The notes beneath the pieces were generated by a model. It was given only the letters and a program-made list of their open reading frames with translations. It made no database searches and was not told the DNA's origin. Made by a program: the position numbers and the translations under genes. From Leucoraja erinacea (lineage: Eukaryota), in NCBI RefSeq assembly GCF_028641065.1, contig NC_073383.1:13764001-13828000 (forward strand): a DNA stretch of 64,000 nt, read 5' to 3'. Of this stretch, positions 1-12,534 are shown piece after piece. How positions within the stretch are numbered: position 1 is the first letter of the stretch; each line of letters opens with the position of its first letter.

Positions 1-157
1 CTTAGCTGAGGTCTCGAGTATGCGGGGACTACTCTCGAGCATGAAGGAGAGTTACAAAGACCTCCTAGGACCTCGTGTCGACCATGCTGCGAGTATGAGT
101 CGAGGGCAAACTCTTCTGTGGACTCGCGGATTAGGTCGCCGCAGTGGGACAGCCCCT
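1..157. mobile_element. Right end of a PIF/Harbinger-like MITE, truncated by the window start
   Basis: Ends ...gcagtgggacagcccct followed by TTA; same GTGGGACAG terminal core as the MITEs at 14585, 27312 and 61031. Confidence 0.65.
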
Positions 158-421
158 TTAAGCTATCTAGCTGAAGCTGAAGAGCCAAACACAACTTACT
201 TTTTCCACAATTATCCCATTTAAACATGGAAAATTGTCCTTATGCAAACTGGTCATGGATGAGGATTGTGGGATAGAATTTCCATAGTGGTTGACAGAAA
301 CTTGGGCCGAAATCAAATTGACCCCATTCCTCCATGCTTTCCACCAATTTTCCTAATTGGTAAAAGTCACATGGGAATAAAGTATGAAAATAACTATTTA
401 GAGCAAATTTAATGCACTCAC

Positions 422-517
422 TTGGTGGTAACAGTTCATCGATACGCTGATAGCGAGTAACATCTTGCCGCACTGAGGGTAGGGATCTCAAAGGCTGGTG
501 ACTGCTCGATGGAGAAT
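422..517 (-). CDS. HECW2: HECW2 exon, 96 bp, just before WW1 ([32 protein letters not shown])
   Basis: Acceptor ttggccag|AT, donor CAA|gtgagt, phase 1-1. Matches recalled human [26 protein letters not shown]. Confidence 0.95.
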
Positions 518-800
518 CTGGCCAACAATGTTTCAAAATCACAAAAGTGTTTAACACAATGTGTTGTTCAGATATGGCTCCTACGATATTAATCCAATAT
601 TTTAAATCCTATTAATCATCCATCCTACTGATGCAAAAAACCACGCAGCATACATTACACGTGCATTCAGATTAAGGATCCAGGTAGATGAGGGTTTTTT
701 TTTGGTTTAGCCCTTCACAAGACAGTGATTTCTCTAACACATAATTCAAAGATTGATCCCACACATGGAAAGGCTTTACATTAGTTATCCTTAAATTTAC

Positions 801-824
801 CTGGATCACTGCCCGCTTCGGTCC

Positions 825-869
<45 letters not shown>

Positions 870-2261
870 CACTTGCATCCTCTGGAGTTGTGCTAGTAGG
901 TATGGTGGCTTCTTCTTCTGGCAGGTCACTTGCGGCTGTGGCTGCCATCTGCAAACTCCTCCTCTGCCATATTTCCTCCGCCTCGGACACCGCGTCCCCT
1001 TCGACGGTCTCTTGTAGCAGCGGCGGCGGCGCATCGCAGTTGCCTTCCCCGTCTTCGGCAGCTGGAATGATTGTGGCCCCGTCAGAGTCTTGGCTTTCCA
1101 CAGGATCGTCGGCCACCGGGTCAGTTGGACAGGCAGCATCTTCCTCCTCCTGAGACGAGAACGCCGGGGTTTCTGAGAACCTCGCACTTTCAAAGGAGGA
1201 AACTCGCGTGGCGCTTCCGACGGACGAAGATACCCTGGTGGTGTAGCCACTTCCGTTGCACGAGCTATCAGCCCCTTCCTGATCGCTCTCTCCTTCAGGT
1301 CTAGTGCTGGCTTCACTGACACTCTCTGTGCGGGTCGCATCACTTTGCTCATTCTCCGAGGACATTTGGGATGGTTCTGAGGTTTGATCAACGGATTCTG
1401 TTTGCGTGAGCAGTCGCTCTGCATTGTCTCCACCGTCAACGGCCTGGCCAACTGTTGGCCGAGATGTCTCTGGAGGTTGCTGATCTTCCCCACAGGTACT
1501 TGTAACTAAGTCGCTACTGCCCTCAACCTCACAACTGTCTTGCTCTTCTTCACACCCGACCTGTGCTGCTGAAGAAAGGCTGCACACCAGCTCATGAAAG
1601 TTCTTGTACTGAGAGTCCGATAACTGCGCAACTGAGGAAGATGCCTCTTCTGTTATAGTTAGATTTATCTGAGAGGTAGAAAATCGTCTAAGAGCGAGCT
1701 GATCCCCGTTGGCATACAGCTGTGTGTCCAACTCCTTGTTACTTCCAGAAGCACATCTAAAGTGTATGCCATTTTCCTCACTCTCCTCGATGTGAAAACC
1801 ACAGGCCAATTCCTGATGAACGTCATGGTCTTCCTCATCCGAGTCAATGTGAAGCATTGCATTTAATCTCGTGTCCGTCGGGAAACTGCTCCTCAAGTTG
1901 GGAGAAACTCCAATCTGATGCAGGTGAGCCTCGGCCAAGCTTGATTTAAGGCTTCCACTGCCGTCGACTGTATCGAGGTAATCATTGAGCGATTCTTGGC
2001 GATAGGTTGAATGCCTTGTCAATGAGGATTCACCATGAGCTGCAAATGCACTGTCCAAAAGTCCACTTTCACTGACTGCACTCGAAAGGTCCACGACTCC
2101 ACTTTCTTTCTGGGCAGAACCATTTACAAAGATTGGCAGCTGGCTCGGATGCATTGTTGAGATGGATGGGTCAGGCATGTCCTCGTCGTCGGATGGACTG
2201 CCCAGATCGCCATTGACACCATTGGCTCCAAGGTAAGCGCCCAGCGTCTCGGGGGAAGCAT
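801..2261 (-). CDS. HECW2: HECW2 large exon, 1461 bp, acidic disordered linker (DASPETLGAYLGANGVNGDLGSPSDDEDM...AGSDP)
   Basis: Acceptor gtgactag|AT, donor CAG|gtaaa, phase 1-1, open frame (ORF 781..2178). HECW2-specific blocks RQESLNDYLD, LRSSFPTDTRLNAMLHIDSDEEDH, RTESVSEASTRPEGESD and ETPAFSSQEEED distinguish it from HECW1. Confidence 0.97.
826..867 (-). repeat. Coding (GCA)10-ACA-(GCA)3 trinucleotide repeat giving a poly-Ala tract
   Basis: tgc repeat on + from 826 to 867; translates to AAAAAAAAAATAAA in the HECW2 frame. Confidence 0.95.
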
Positions 2262-2495
2262 CTAGTCACATGTTACACAAGTTTAATTTGCAGGCACAAA
2301 AATAACTCAAATCACCATCAAAATAGACAAGCTCTTTTCCTGGACCGTTAATTAGCATTGTTAGTATACATTTACTATAAAAGGTCACCAATTGTAGCAA
2401 ATCTTACTCATAATGCTTCCAGCTAGCACAATAAACACAACATGGAATTCTCTGCCACAGTGTGGATGGTGGGAATGTCCATGGCTCTAGTTAGT

Positions 2496-2802
2496 GCGGC
2501 ACAGTTGCGCAGCTGGTAGATCTACCGCCTCACAGCATGCGAGACCATTGTTCGATCCTGACATCGGATGCTGTCTGTGTGGAGTTTGCAAGTTTTCCCT
2601 GGAACCACTTGAGTTTCCTCCGGGTACTCCGGTTTCCTCCCACCACCCATAGGCATGCAGGTTAGGAGGTTAATTGGCCTCTGTAAATTGCCCCTAGTGT
2701 ACAGGGAGTGGATGGGAAAGTGGCATAAAATAGAACTGGTTTGAATGGCTGGTCGGCGTGGACTCAATGAACAAATGTCCTGTTTCCATGTTGTATCTCT
2801 AA
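2496..2802 (+). mobile_element. tRNA-derived V-SINE (HE1-like)
   Basis: A/B-box-like head (gcgcagctggtaga...gttcgatcc), V-domain (gggtactccggtttcctcccac), CR1-like tail cctgtttccatgttgtatctctaa. Confidence 0.85.
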
Positions 2803-3049
2803 CCCCAAGTTTCATAGCCTGAACCACTGGGCTCACTGTTTCTTTCACAACTCCCTTAGAAGTCATTTGTTTACATTCTGGTAAGTCCCTCTTTTTGCTC
2901 ATTATTTAACCTTTTATTTGCATTCCTTTATGTGATTTTGAGACCATTTCCCAAGTTAAAAAGGAGTCTAAAAACTGAATTCTTTAAGTATAAGATCCCA
3001 ATTTTTAGAAATTGGTTTCACTAGGCAGAGAGCATTATAATGCATTCTC

Positions 3050-3313
3050 ACCTAGGCCACAGCTAATAATGGCCTGTTTTCTCTATCATCGTAACTTTTT
3101 TGCATATCTTTCATTCTGAATGAATATCTTTCAAAACGAATATCTTTCATTCATTTGTTCTACATCTCTCTACATCACCTTCCATATCACTCGGTTCCCT
3201 TTCCCCTGACTCTCAGTCTGAAGGAGGGTCTCGACCCAAAACGTCACCCATTCCTTTTCTCCAGAGATGCTGTCTGACCCGCTGAGTTACTCCAGCTTCT
3301 TGTGTCTAACTTC
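3050..3313 (+). mobile_element. Penelope-like element 3' terminal fragment with a degenerate hammerhead motif
   Basis: ctgaaggagggtctcgacccaaaacgtca followed by the shared PLE terminal block (gagatgctgtctgacccgctgagttactccagc); attataatg repeated on both flanks. Confidence 0.75.
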
Positions 3314-3767
3314 GTATTATAATGACAGTAGATCACAGATTATTTTACTCAATTCTGTGAAGGTTCGGTATTTTCTATTGGCCATTCCAAGTTCATCTGT
3401 CGAAAACACAGTGAATCCTATACATGTGCCCTGTCAAACACATTAGTTCAGGACTTACGGCATTGAGAAAGCTGAAGTAATTTACACGTAGCTGTGGACA
3501 GGTATAAAATAATCAAAGGGAAATTGATGGGAATGTAAGAGAGAATAAGTTACAGGGCTACAGGAAAGTAAGGAGTTAAGGCATGAGACTAATGGGCTTT
3601 CTCTGCTGGAAGCTGGCATGGATCTGATGGGTTGAATGGCCTTGTTACAAGAAAGTAATGAATTTACTGAAATTCCTCAGCATTGGTGCAGAATCTGCAG
3701 GGCCATTCATTTAAATGCTGAATGCCTAAGAAGAAGAAATATATTACATGTTCTTATTTGTATTCAG

Positions 3768-3805
<38 letters not shown>
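3768..3805. repeat. (ATT)n microsatellite
   Basis: About 12 perfect ATT units. Confidence 0.95.
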
Positions 3806-3806
<1 letters not shown>

Positions 3807-4857
3807 GGTTATTGCAAAATGTTAATCACCTTCATTTATTTATCTTCTTTTAAATTTTTCGTAGTTAAAAGTTTTTGAATAAGGCTGAATAAGCCATGAA
3901 TGTCAGCCTTATTCAAATCATTGATGACCGATAACATCTCTGGCAGACAGGTTTGCAGGTTGTCAAATACTTCCATCGGAGTCTTTATGGACAGGCTTGT
4001 TACGGCTGTTGCTACATCCCCCAGTTATTTCATTTGGGGCCCTCGCTGCGCAATGCTACAACCATCTCAATCAGATCATTTGATCAACTCAGGAAAGTTG
4101 ACACATTCAGGAAAGACGATACATTCAGAAAAATAGGGACCCAGCACACTGAGTGCTAGAAAAGGAGCCTGCTCATACATATTGTGGTTATTGCTTCAAG
4201 AATGCAATGAAATTCCAAGTCAAACAATGCCAAACATATAGATTCCAGCAAGTGAAAATTTAAAAAAAAATGCTAGATGTCAAAAGAAAAACAAAACATG
4301 CTGGAAACACTACATTCGAAATGTTAACCCTGTTTCTCTTCCCACAGTTGCAGCTTGAACTGCTGAATATCTCCAGCATTTTCTGTTTTTTATGTAGCCT
4401 CCAATTTGCTGCATTGGTTTATTCCTGCAGGGAAGAACTTCACCTTATACATATTTATTTTTAATAATTTAAGCCAACCAGCAAGCATCGGCAAGAATGC
4501 CTCAAGATCTCAGCTCTTCTGATTCAACACGAGCAAAACGTTGCAAATTGTATTGACGTGCAAACTTCTGTAATCAGCAATATTTTCATTAACCAGGTGA
4601 AAATTAAACATTTGAGGAATTTAGGAAATTTTGCGTTATCTCGGGAAATTGCATGGAAAAGTCAGATTGCAATTTTTATGACAAACTATGAATGGGAGGT
4701 AAAATCATCTGCAAATCTTCGCCTAAACATTAAAGAGGTAAAACGTGTTGTTGATATGTGTACTATGCTGATAAACCTTGGTCTGTGGCTCACTGGTCAA
4801 CTTCTGAGAAAACATTTCATGGTAAATGCATAACAAATATAATGTAAATAAGACATA

Positions 4858-5035
4858 TATGATGTATTCAAGAGAGAGTTAGATATAGCTCTTAGGGCTA
4901 ATGGTATCAAGGGACATGGGGAGACAGCAGGAACGGGGTACTGATTTTGGATGATCAGCCATGATCATTTTGAATGGTGGTACTGGCTCAAAGGGTCGAA
5001 TGGCCTACTCCTGCACCTATTTTCTATGTTTCTAT
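4858..5035 (+). mobile_element. CR1/HER1 LINE 3' end
   Basis: ttcaagagagagttagat...gatcagccatgatc...cctgcacctattttctatgtttctat tail, recurring at 5960-6170, 19405-19845, 34945-35070, 48750-49105 and 58333-58692. Confidence 0.8.
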
Positions 5036-5268
5036 CTCACACAGAATAAAAGGAACAGTCTAAAAATCAAAGATAGACACAAAAAGCTGGGATAACTCAG
5101 CGGGATGGACAGCATCTCTGGAGAAAAGGAATGGGTGATGGTTTCGGGTCAAGGCCCTTGTTCAAAACCAAGGTATAGTATAATAATCCATGAAATGTGG
5201 GATTAGTGTAGGTCATGAGAAGCACACCAATAACATCAGCATGAATTCAGCAGACCATTTAGGATTCA

Positions 5269-5417
5269 ATGTGTAGGAAGGAACTGCAGGTGCTTGTTTA
5301 AATCAAAGATAGACACAAACTGCTGGAGTAACTCAGCAGGATGGGCAGCATCTCGGAATGGGTGACGTTTTCGGGTCGAGATCCTTCTACAGACTGATGT
5401 CAGGGGAGTGGGCTTTG
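5269..5417 (-). mobile_element. Short PLE terminal insertion with 11-bp TSD
   Basis: tttaggattca at 5258-5268 and 5418-5428 flanks tgtgtaggaaggaactgcag...; lies about 70 nt from the HECW2 donor at 5498. Confidence 0.8.
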
Positions 5418-5498
5418 TTTAGGATTCAGGATTAAATGTTAGTTAGGTACAAAAGATGGCAGCAAACGACCATGTAATTAGATGCGAGTTTCCTTCAC

Positions 5499-5599
5499 CT
5501 TCGTGAGTCGACGACAAGAACTCCACTCGAAAATGAAGCTGACCACTGACGTGATCGGTCGGAAGTCTTCTTAACAGGTTGTAGTTCACAGTCTGGTCC
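5499..5599 (-). CDS. HECW2: HECW2 exon, 101 bp ([33 protein letters not shown])
   Basis: Acceptor ttgttacag|G, donor AAG|gtgaa, phase 2-1. Lies within ORF 5443..5628. Confidence 0.96.
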
Positions 5600-6817
5600 C
5601 TGTAACAAAGAACAACAACATGAGTCACCTTCTAAAGACAAGAAGTTTTAAAGATCTAATTTTTAATTCTACAAAACAATTTTATAGACAATAGACAATA
5701 GGTGCAGGATTAGACCATTCGGCCCTTTCGAGCCAGCACCACCATTCACTGTGATCATGGCTGATCATCCACACCATTCATCTGCTTTGCCAAGATGACT
5801 GCTGGTTTATTTCATCATTCTAATGCTTCCATATGAACAAGGACCATCTGGAGAGAATACAACGTCCACTTCTACACGTTGAGCCACGGTATAAAATACA
5901 TTTCATGTCCTCTACTATATAAAATGTAGAGCTAAATGCTAAAAAGAGCTAAAGACCCAGAGAGTTGGAAATCTGTGGAATTGTCTGTCTCAGAAGGCAG
6001 TGGAGGCAGATTCTCTGGATGCTTTCAAGAGAAAGTTAGATAGAGCTCTTAAAGATAGCGGTCAAGGGATATGGGGAGAAGGCAGAAATGGGGTAATGAT
6101 TGTGGATCATCAGCCATGATCACAGTGAATGGCGGTGCTGGTTCAAAGGGCCTGTTGCCTATTGTCTAAGATCCCAATGAATTTTCCCCATGCCTCAATA
6201 TTTAAAACATGTAAAAGATATTTGGACAGGAACAGGGAATGAACGGTTTAAATGGATATGGGACAATGTGGGAAAATGGGATTGGCTTAAATAGACATAA
6301 GATCTAAGAAATATGGACATAAATTGGTGATCTCTATCAATGATTTGGATGAGAATGAACAGGGCGAGATTAGCAAGTTTGCAGATGATACAAAAGATCC
6401 TGGTATTTTAGATAGTGAAGGTAGCTGTCAAAAATTGCAGGAGGATCTTGATTGGTTGGCCGAGTGGGCTGAAGAATCATCGCGACCTGAAATGCTGCAC
6501 ATTCTTTCTCTCCAAAGATATGGAGATGCTGCCTGTCCAGCTGAGTTACTCCAGCATTTTGTGTCTATCTCTGGTACATATAACATGGCTGGACCATTTA
6601 TAAAGGTAATTTATTTGTTTTTCCTTATTTCAATACATATTTATTTTTAATTAGTTTCATACAGGTTTACACCAATGTTCAATGTTGTATTTTTCAACTA
6701 TTTCCAAATATCCATGCTCATCAGGAGCATTTTGCAGCAGTATCAGGGAACTCTGAACTCTGTGGCCTGCAGCTGAGTGACCACCCACAGCCTGCTGCCT
6801 CTCGTGGAAAGGCCAAC

Positions 6818-6914
6818 AGTCTGAAGAAGGGTTTCGGCCGGAAACGTTGCCTATTTCCTTCGCTCCATAGATGCTGCTGCACCCGCTGAGTTTCTCCAGC
6901 ATTTTTGTGTACCT
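6818..6914 (+). mobile_element. Young PLE terminal-repeat fragment with a hammerhead-like motif
   Basis: cagtctgaagaagggtttcggccggaaacgttgcc...ttttgtgtacct, near-identical to 40279-40376. Confidence 0.8.
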
Positions 6915-7534
6915 AGGAATTTCAGAGCTGTTGGCCAGAAAAAACATCGTTCAGTCATCAGGCTTACTTGGCTCCGCATGATCTGACTCATTCTCTTTTT
7001 CTATCTTTCAAACTGGACTTTAGAGCGCTTCAATAAGCACTGATTTGAACAAAATAAACACGACTCAGCTTTCAACAGTATTATACTCTGAAACATTTGT
7101 ACCCGTCCACAAAAAAACAAAAATGTGGTTAAGTCCACAAGACACGTATATACATTTACGAACTGCCTTTTTATGGTAGAAACAAGGAACTGCAGATGTT
7201 GGTTTACACAAATGGACACAATGAGCTGGAGTAACTCAGTGGGTCAGGCAGCATCTCTAGAGAATATTAATCGGTAGCGATTTGGGTCAGGACCCTGTGT
7301 CACACCCCAGTCCATGCAACATAGTTTTGTGGCAGCTTGTCGTGTACAAACTACCTACAATAATAGCAACCATGTTTAAGTCAGCCAAGAAACCTGCACT
7401 TACAACAACTGGGGCTTGAAAATGGTGCCAAACTGGTGACTCTGTATACTGTCTCAGTTTACTACTGCTATACACTTGTACCGTACCGGAGATGCCAATC
7501 TAAGATATACTGCGCTGTGTACAAAAATGAACCA

Positions 7535-7743
7535 TCTATCTATCTATCTATAATATATTAAAACTGTGTGTGTGTGTTTCTGCCTGACTTGTGGATGCCA
7601 GCCTTTGATTCGTTGCTACGCCAACACCAGATGCAGAAACGCCGGGAACGACTTGAGTTGGAAGACCACGTCTCCCGTGGGGGGTACGGGTAGGGAACGG
7701 GTGCGTTGGGGGAGCAGACCCAACAGGTCTGCACTTGGTCTAG
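7535..7743 (+). mobile_element. Non-autonomous Helitron, about 209 bp
   Basis: 5' TC (tctatctatc...ataatatattaaaa), subterminal hairpin gcagacc-caaca-ggtctgc, 3' CTAG, inserted between A and T with no TSD. Confidence 0.85.
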
Positions 7744-8721
7744 TACCATACAAAATTCATGGCCAAGACCCTGACGATAACAATGTTCTTCATCACAGTA
7801 TTGACATGGGAACTGTTACATTCACATGCAGAAGCAGCCTGAGCTTTGATTTAACATCTTTTCCAAAAGGTGGCATCACCAATATTCAGGACCACATTGT
7901 TGTCTCTGTAGATTTTTATGCTTAGCGTATTTGGTGTGGCATTTGAAATTGTCCTACTGCATTTCAGCTTTACTTGTGCATCAGTTTTTTGCTTTCACTG
8001 AAGTATGGTAAGTATTGAATTTACAATTACCTCTCAAAGCTCTGCTGTTACTGATGGCAATAAGTGCCTTAATTATCTTTTCATTTACTTGTCGCTTCCC
8101 GACTTTTGGGAATGGAAAATTAATAACAGATGCTACCTCGATTTGCAAGAGCACACGTTTCCTTCAAAACATATCAAAAAGTCATGCAGCAACAGTAAAA
8201 GCAGCAGCATAATGACGGCAATTCAACAGCAGGAACACAGTTTTATTTGTACACCATCTCAGCCCAATGGTTTGAAAGTGCAACCGTATTGAAATAGACC
8301 AGCTTTTCAAGTTCCAAATACCAGTGTCACATCAGAACTTTCTACAAATAATAAATTGGAAAGAAAACTAAATAAGCAGGTTTAATAAAAACTTTCTATC
8401 CTTCATTTCCAAACAATTTATTCTCATTAATGAATAAGATATTCAATTGCATTGCATCCGATCGAGGTACGAATTGTTTCACAAGGTGAATTTATAAGCA
8501 TATTAACCAGATAATAAATGGTCAAGGAAGGATAAAGTTCAAAGTTCTCATGGGTGACGGGGTAAGAGACAGTTTTGGGATGCACTAAAATAAGCCGCTC
8601 AACTTGTGTTATGTGTGTTTGTTAGCAGTCGATCACAGGCGCAAATTAATGACCATAATACAAAAAATATTTGCAGAGCATTCCGTCCTGCAGCACCCTC
8701 TGTGTAAAAGACCTGTGTCAT

Positions 8722-9273
8722 GGGCAGCACGGTGGCGCAGTGGCAGAGTAGCTGCCACAGCCCCAGAAACGGGGGTTTGAACCTGACAACGGGTGTTTGG
8801 CTGGACGGAGTTTGGACATCACCCTCCCTGACCTGTGAGTGTTTTCTCCTGGATCTTTGGTTTCCTCCCACACACCAATGACAACGACAGGTTAATTGGC
8901 TTGGTATAATTGTAAATTGTCTCTACTGTGCGTAAGATAGTGCATTAGTGTATAGGGATCACTGGTCGGTGCGGATCCGGTGGGATGAAGGGCCTGTTTC
9001 TGCGCTCTATCTTTAAAACACACCCGGGATCGATCCCGACTACGGGTGCTGTCTGTACGGAGTTAGTGCGTTCTCCCTGTGACCTGCGTGGATCTTCGGT
9101 TTCCTCCCACACTCCAAAGACGTACAGGTTTGTATGTTAATTGCCTAGGTATCAATGTAAAATTGAACCTAGTGTGTGTAGGGTAGTGTTAATGTGCTTG
9201 GATTGCTGGTCAGTGTGGACTTGGTGGGCCAAAGGGCCTGTTCCCGCACTGCATCTCTAAACTAAACAAAACT
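8722..9273 (+). mobile_element. Two tandem HE1-like V-SINEs (8722-9018 and 5'-truncated 9022-9273)
   Basis: gggcagcacggtggcgcagtgg head, V-domain, gggcctgtttc...tctaaactaaac tail. Confidence 0.85.
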
Positions 9274-10260
9274 ACGCAGCAGGTCAGGCAGTTTTTGTGG
9301 AGAAAATACGAGCCACAACCTGCACAAAATGAAGATAATTCAAGAAAAATTCCTGAGTCGAACACAAACCAAATGAAAATCAAAAATCAACAGATGAGAT
9401 TTATTCCCAATTCCCAAGTTTCTCACAAATGCATTGACACCCACATGCTTTGTTCATATGCACCACTTCCACTCTTCAATTCAAAAGGCGATGTCTCTTT
9501 CAGCCTTTGCTCCAGTTATAGTATAAATGTAAGAACGCTCATTTTTTTAAAGTCTCCAGAACCTGTCTTAGCAAAATAGTTCTGGTGAAGAAAAGTAGAT
9601 TATGGGTTTTATTAATCATCACAGGATAACAGCACTTATTATTAAGTATAAGTAATCTCAGCAAATAATTCATTTTGGTTCAAATACCACTAAAGCAATT
9701 TGACATTTTAATTCAAATCTAATTACTCTGGAAATGAAAACTTGGTATCAGTAACAATTTCTGTAAAGTTCCAGTGAAAAAGATTACCTAAGTGTCTGAT
9801 GTAATTAAGCCTTTTACCCCTGATGGCAATCTAGTAAATCAGTGTATTTTGCATTAGTTTCAAAAACTCCCTCACGTGAAATTTTCAAATGTCTTTCCTC
9901 CAGTTTATGGTCTCACAAGTATGCTGATTTTCTCTTGATAGGTAAGAGTGCAATGAAATTGAACATGACTAAAGGAGCAGAAAACATAAAACAATAGAAA
10001 ATAAACCTGTAAAATAGAAAAACAAGACAATCAAAAGTAAAGTAAATTGACAAAATTATCCTGTTTGATGGACCTCTTGCATCGTGGACATTTCATTGAC
10101 AGCTGTCGAGGGAGCATAACTGAACACACATTATAAATGGCAAAATGCAAATTGCTGGAGTAACTCAGCATGTCAGGTGGCATCCCTGGAGAATATTATA
10201 GGTGATGGTTCAGGTTGGGGCCCTCCATCCGCATTTTGTGTCGGGGCTCTTTTTCCTACA

Positions 10261-12170
10261 CATTGCACACTCTCCATAATGTTTGGGACAAAGACCCATC
10301 ATTTATTTATTTGCCTCTGTATTCCACAATTTGAGATTTGTAATAGAAAATATCACATGTGGTTAAAGTGTAGATTGTCAGATTAGAAATTACAGCAATG
10401 TTTATACATAGTCCCCCACCCCCCATTTCAGGGCACTATAATGTTTGGGACACAGCAGTGTCATGTAAATTAAAGTAGTCATGTTTAGTATTTTGTTGCA
10501 TATCCTTTGCATGCAATGACTGCTTGAGGTCTGTGATTCATGGACATCATCAGTTGCTGGGTGTCTTCTCTGGTGATGCTCTGCCAGGCCTGTATTGCAG
10601 CCATTTTTAGCTTATGCTTGTTTTGGGGGCTAGTCCCCTTCAGTTTTCTCTTCAGCATATAAACGGCATGCTCAATTGGGTTCAGATCGGGTGATTGACT
10701 TGGCCACTCAAGAATTGACCATTTTTTCAGCTTTGAAAAACTCCTTTGATACTTTATGATCATTTGTTGCTTTGTTTGGGATCATTGTCTTGCTGTACAA
10801 ATGAGCCGGCCAATGAGTTTTGAGGGATGTGTTTGAACTTGAGCAGATAGGATGTGTCTATGCACTTCAGAATTCATTATGCTACTACCATCAGCAGTTG
10901 TATCATCAATGAAGATAAGTGAGCCAGTACCTTCAGCAGCCATACATGCCCAGGCCATAACACCCCCACCACCGTGTTTCACAGATGATGAGGTATGCTT
11001 TGGATCTTGGGCAGTTCCTTCTCTCCTCCATACTTTGCTCTTGCCATCACTCTGATATTAGTTAATCTTCGTCTCATCTGTCCACAAGGCCATTTTCCAG
11101 AACAGTGGTTGCTCTTGTATGTGCTTCTAGGCAAACTATAACCAGGCCATCCTATTTTTTTGCAGCTAACCAGTGGTTTGCATCTTGCAGTGTAGCCTCT
11201 GTATTTCTGTTCATGAAGTCTTCTGCGGACAGTGGTCATTGACAAATCCACACCTGACTCCTGAAGAGTGTTTCTGATCTGTCGGACAGGGATTTTTCTT
11301 TATTATAGGGAGAATTCTTCTGTCATCAGCTGTGGAGGTCTTCATTGGCCTGCCAGTCCCTTTGACATATCTATTCTCCATGGCCTTTGTAGACCAGTGA
11401 GGTGTTGAATTGTTTATTAACTTTATTTGCTTGGTTTTGCTGCGTTGTTCGTACTTGTGTTTTATGTTTTTTAATTTATTGTTTGGATTTTTGTATGTAA
11501 TTTATGCGCCTCGTGTTAGTTGTATGTTCTGTTGTTCTGCCTGTTTTATGATGTCTTGCTTGTTTTCTTTTTTCTGTACAGCACTTTGGTCAGCTTTGGT
11601 TGTTTTTAAGGTGCTTAACAAATAAAGTTATTATTATTATTATTTACGATTAGTAAGCTCACCAGTGCTCTTTTTCTTTTTAATGATGTTCCAAACAGTT
11701 AATTTTCGTAAGCCTAAGGTTTGACTGATATCTCTAACAGTTTTATTCTAGTTTCTCAGTCTCATAATGGCTTATTTGACTTTCATTGGTACAACTTTGG
11801 TCCTCATGTTGATAAACAGCAATAAAAGATTCAAAGGTGATGGAAAGACTGTGGGAAAGGCGAGGAAATGTGCTGCGAGCTCTCTTATACCTGCATTAAG
11901 GAGGCATTTAAACACACCCGAGCAATTACAAACACCAGTGAAGCCATGTGTCCCAAACATTATGGTGCCCTGAAATGGGGGGACTATGTATAAACACAGC
12001 TGTAAGTTCTACATGGTGAAACCAAAATGTATAAAAATGGCCTTTAATAAAATTTGACAATGTGCACTTTAACCACATGTGATGTTTTCTATTACAAATC
12101 TCAAATTGTAGAGTACAGAGGCAAATAAATAAATGATGGGTCTTTGTCACAAACATTATGAAGGGCAATG
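10261..12170 (-). mobile_element. Tc1/mariner (DD34E, IR/DR-type) DNA transposon, defective
   Basis: About 200-bp TIRs with inner and outer direct repeats (cataatgtttgggaca), TA at the right end (12171-12172). Frameshifted transposase across ORFs 10979..11251, 10782..10982 (KHGGGGVMAWACM) and 10485..10763 (WPSQSPDLNPIEH). Confidence 0.93.
11365..11642 (+). mobile_element. LINE 3' end (L2-like) nested in the Tc1 transposase gene
   Basis: tgtacagcactttgg...aaggtgcttaacaaataaag(tta)n tail; the Tc1 sequence cagtccctttg|cgattagtaagc resumes after it. Confidence 0.7.
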
Positions 12171-12275
12171 TACATAATGTTTCACAGTTACAACGATCAC
12201 GAACACACCGTCAAAAAAGAAGTAGGAGCATTGGACTGACAGTAAAGATGTTCTTCAAGTCTAATAATACATTAC

Positions 12276-12418
12276 CCCAAGGCCTGTCTCCCCATCAGAC
12301 GTTGTACTGGGATGGTTAGTTTACCCAGGAAACGTTTTATAATCGGCCGACTCTTTGCAAATTTGTCTTTAACATCAATTTCCAGTACATCTGTGAGAAG
12401 TGCCACAAAAAAGTATGT
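12276..12418 (-). CDS. HECW2: HECW2 C2-domain exon, 143 bp ([48 protein letters not shown])
   Basis: Acceptor ttttacag|ACA, donor GG|gtaat, phase 0-2, after a 116-bp intron. [18 protein letters not shown] is diagnostic. Confidence 0.97.
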
Positions 12419-12534
12419 CTGTAAAACAAAAAATATATCATCGTAAACATATTTAGCATTTCAAGCATTAATTTATTCAGTCATTGCGTAGTCGAGAAGT
12501 ATATGTTCAATTTCCATACGACAGCAGGTTTTAC

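Noticed and set aside
672-1493. 273-aa minus-strand ORF with poly-Q
   Set aside because: Alternate frame of the GC-rich HECW2 exon; the poly-Q is the GCA repeat read out of frame. No splice or homology support.
2496-2570. tRNA-like A/B boxes, also at 8722 and 20092
   Set aside because: SINE heads followed by the V-domain and LINE tail; no intact cloverleaf.
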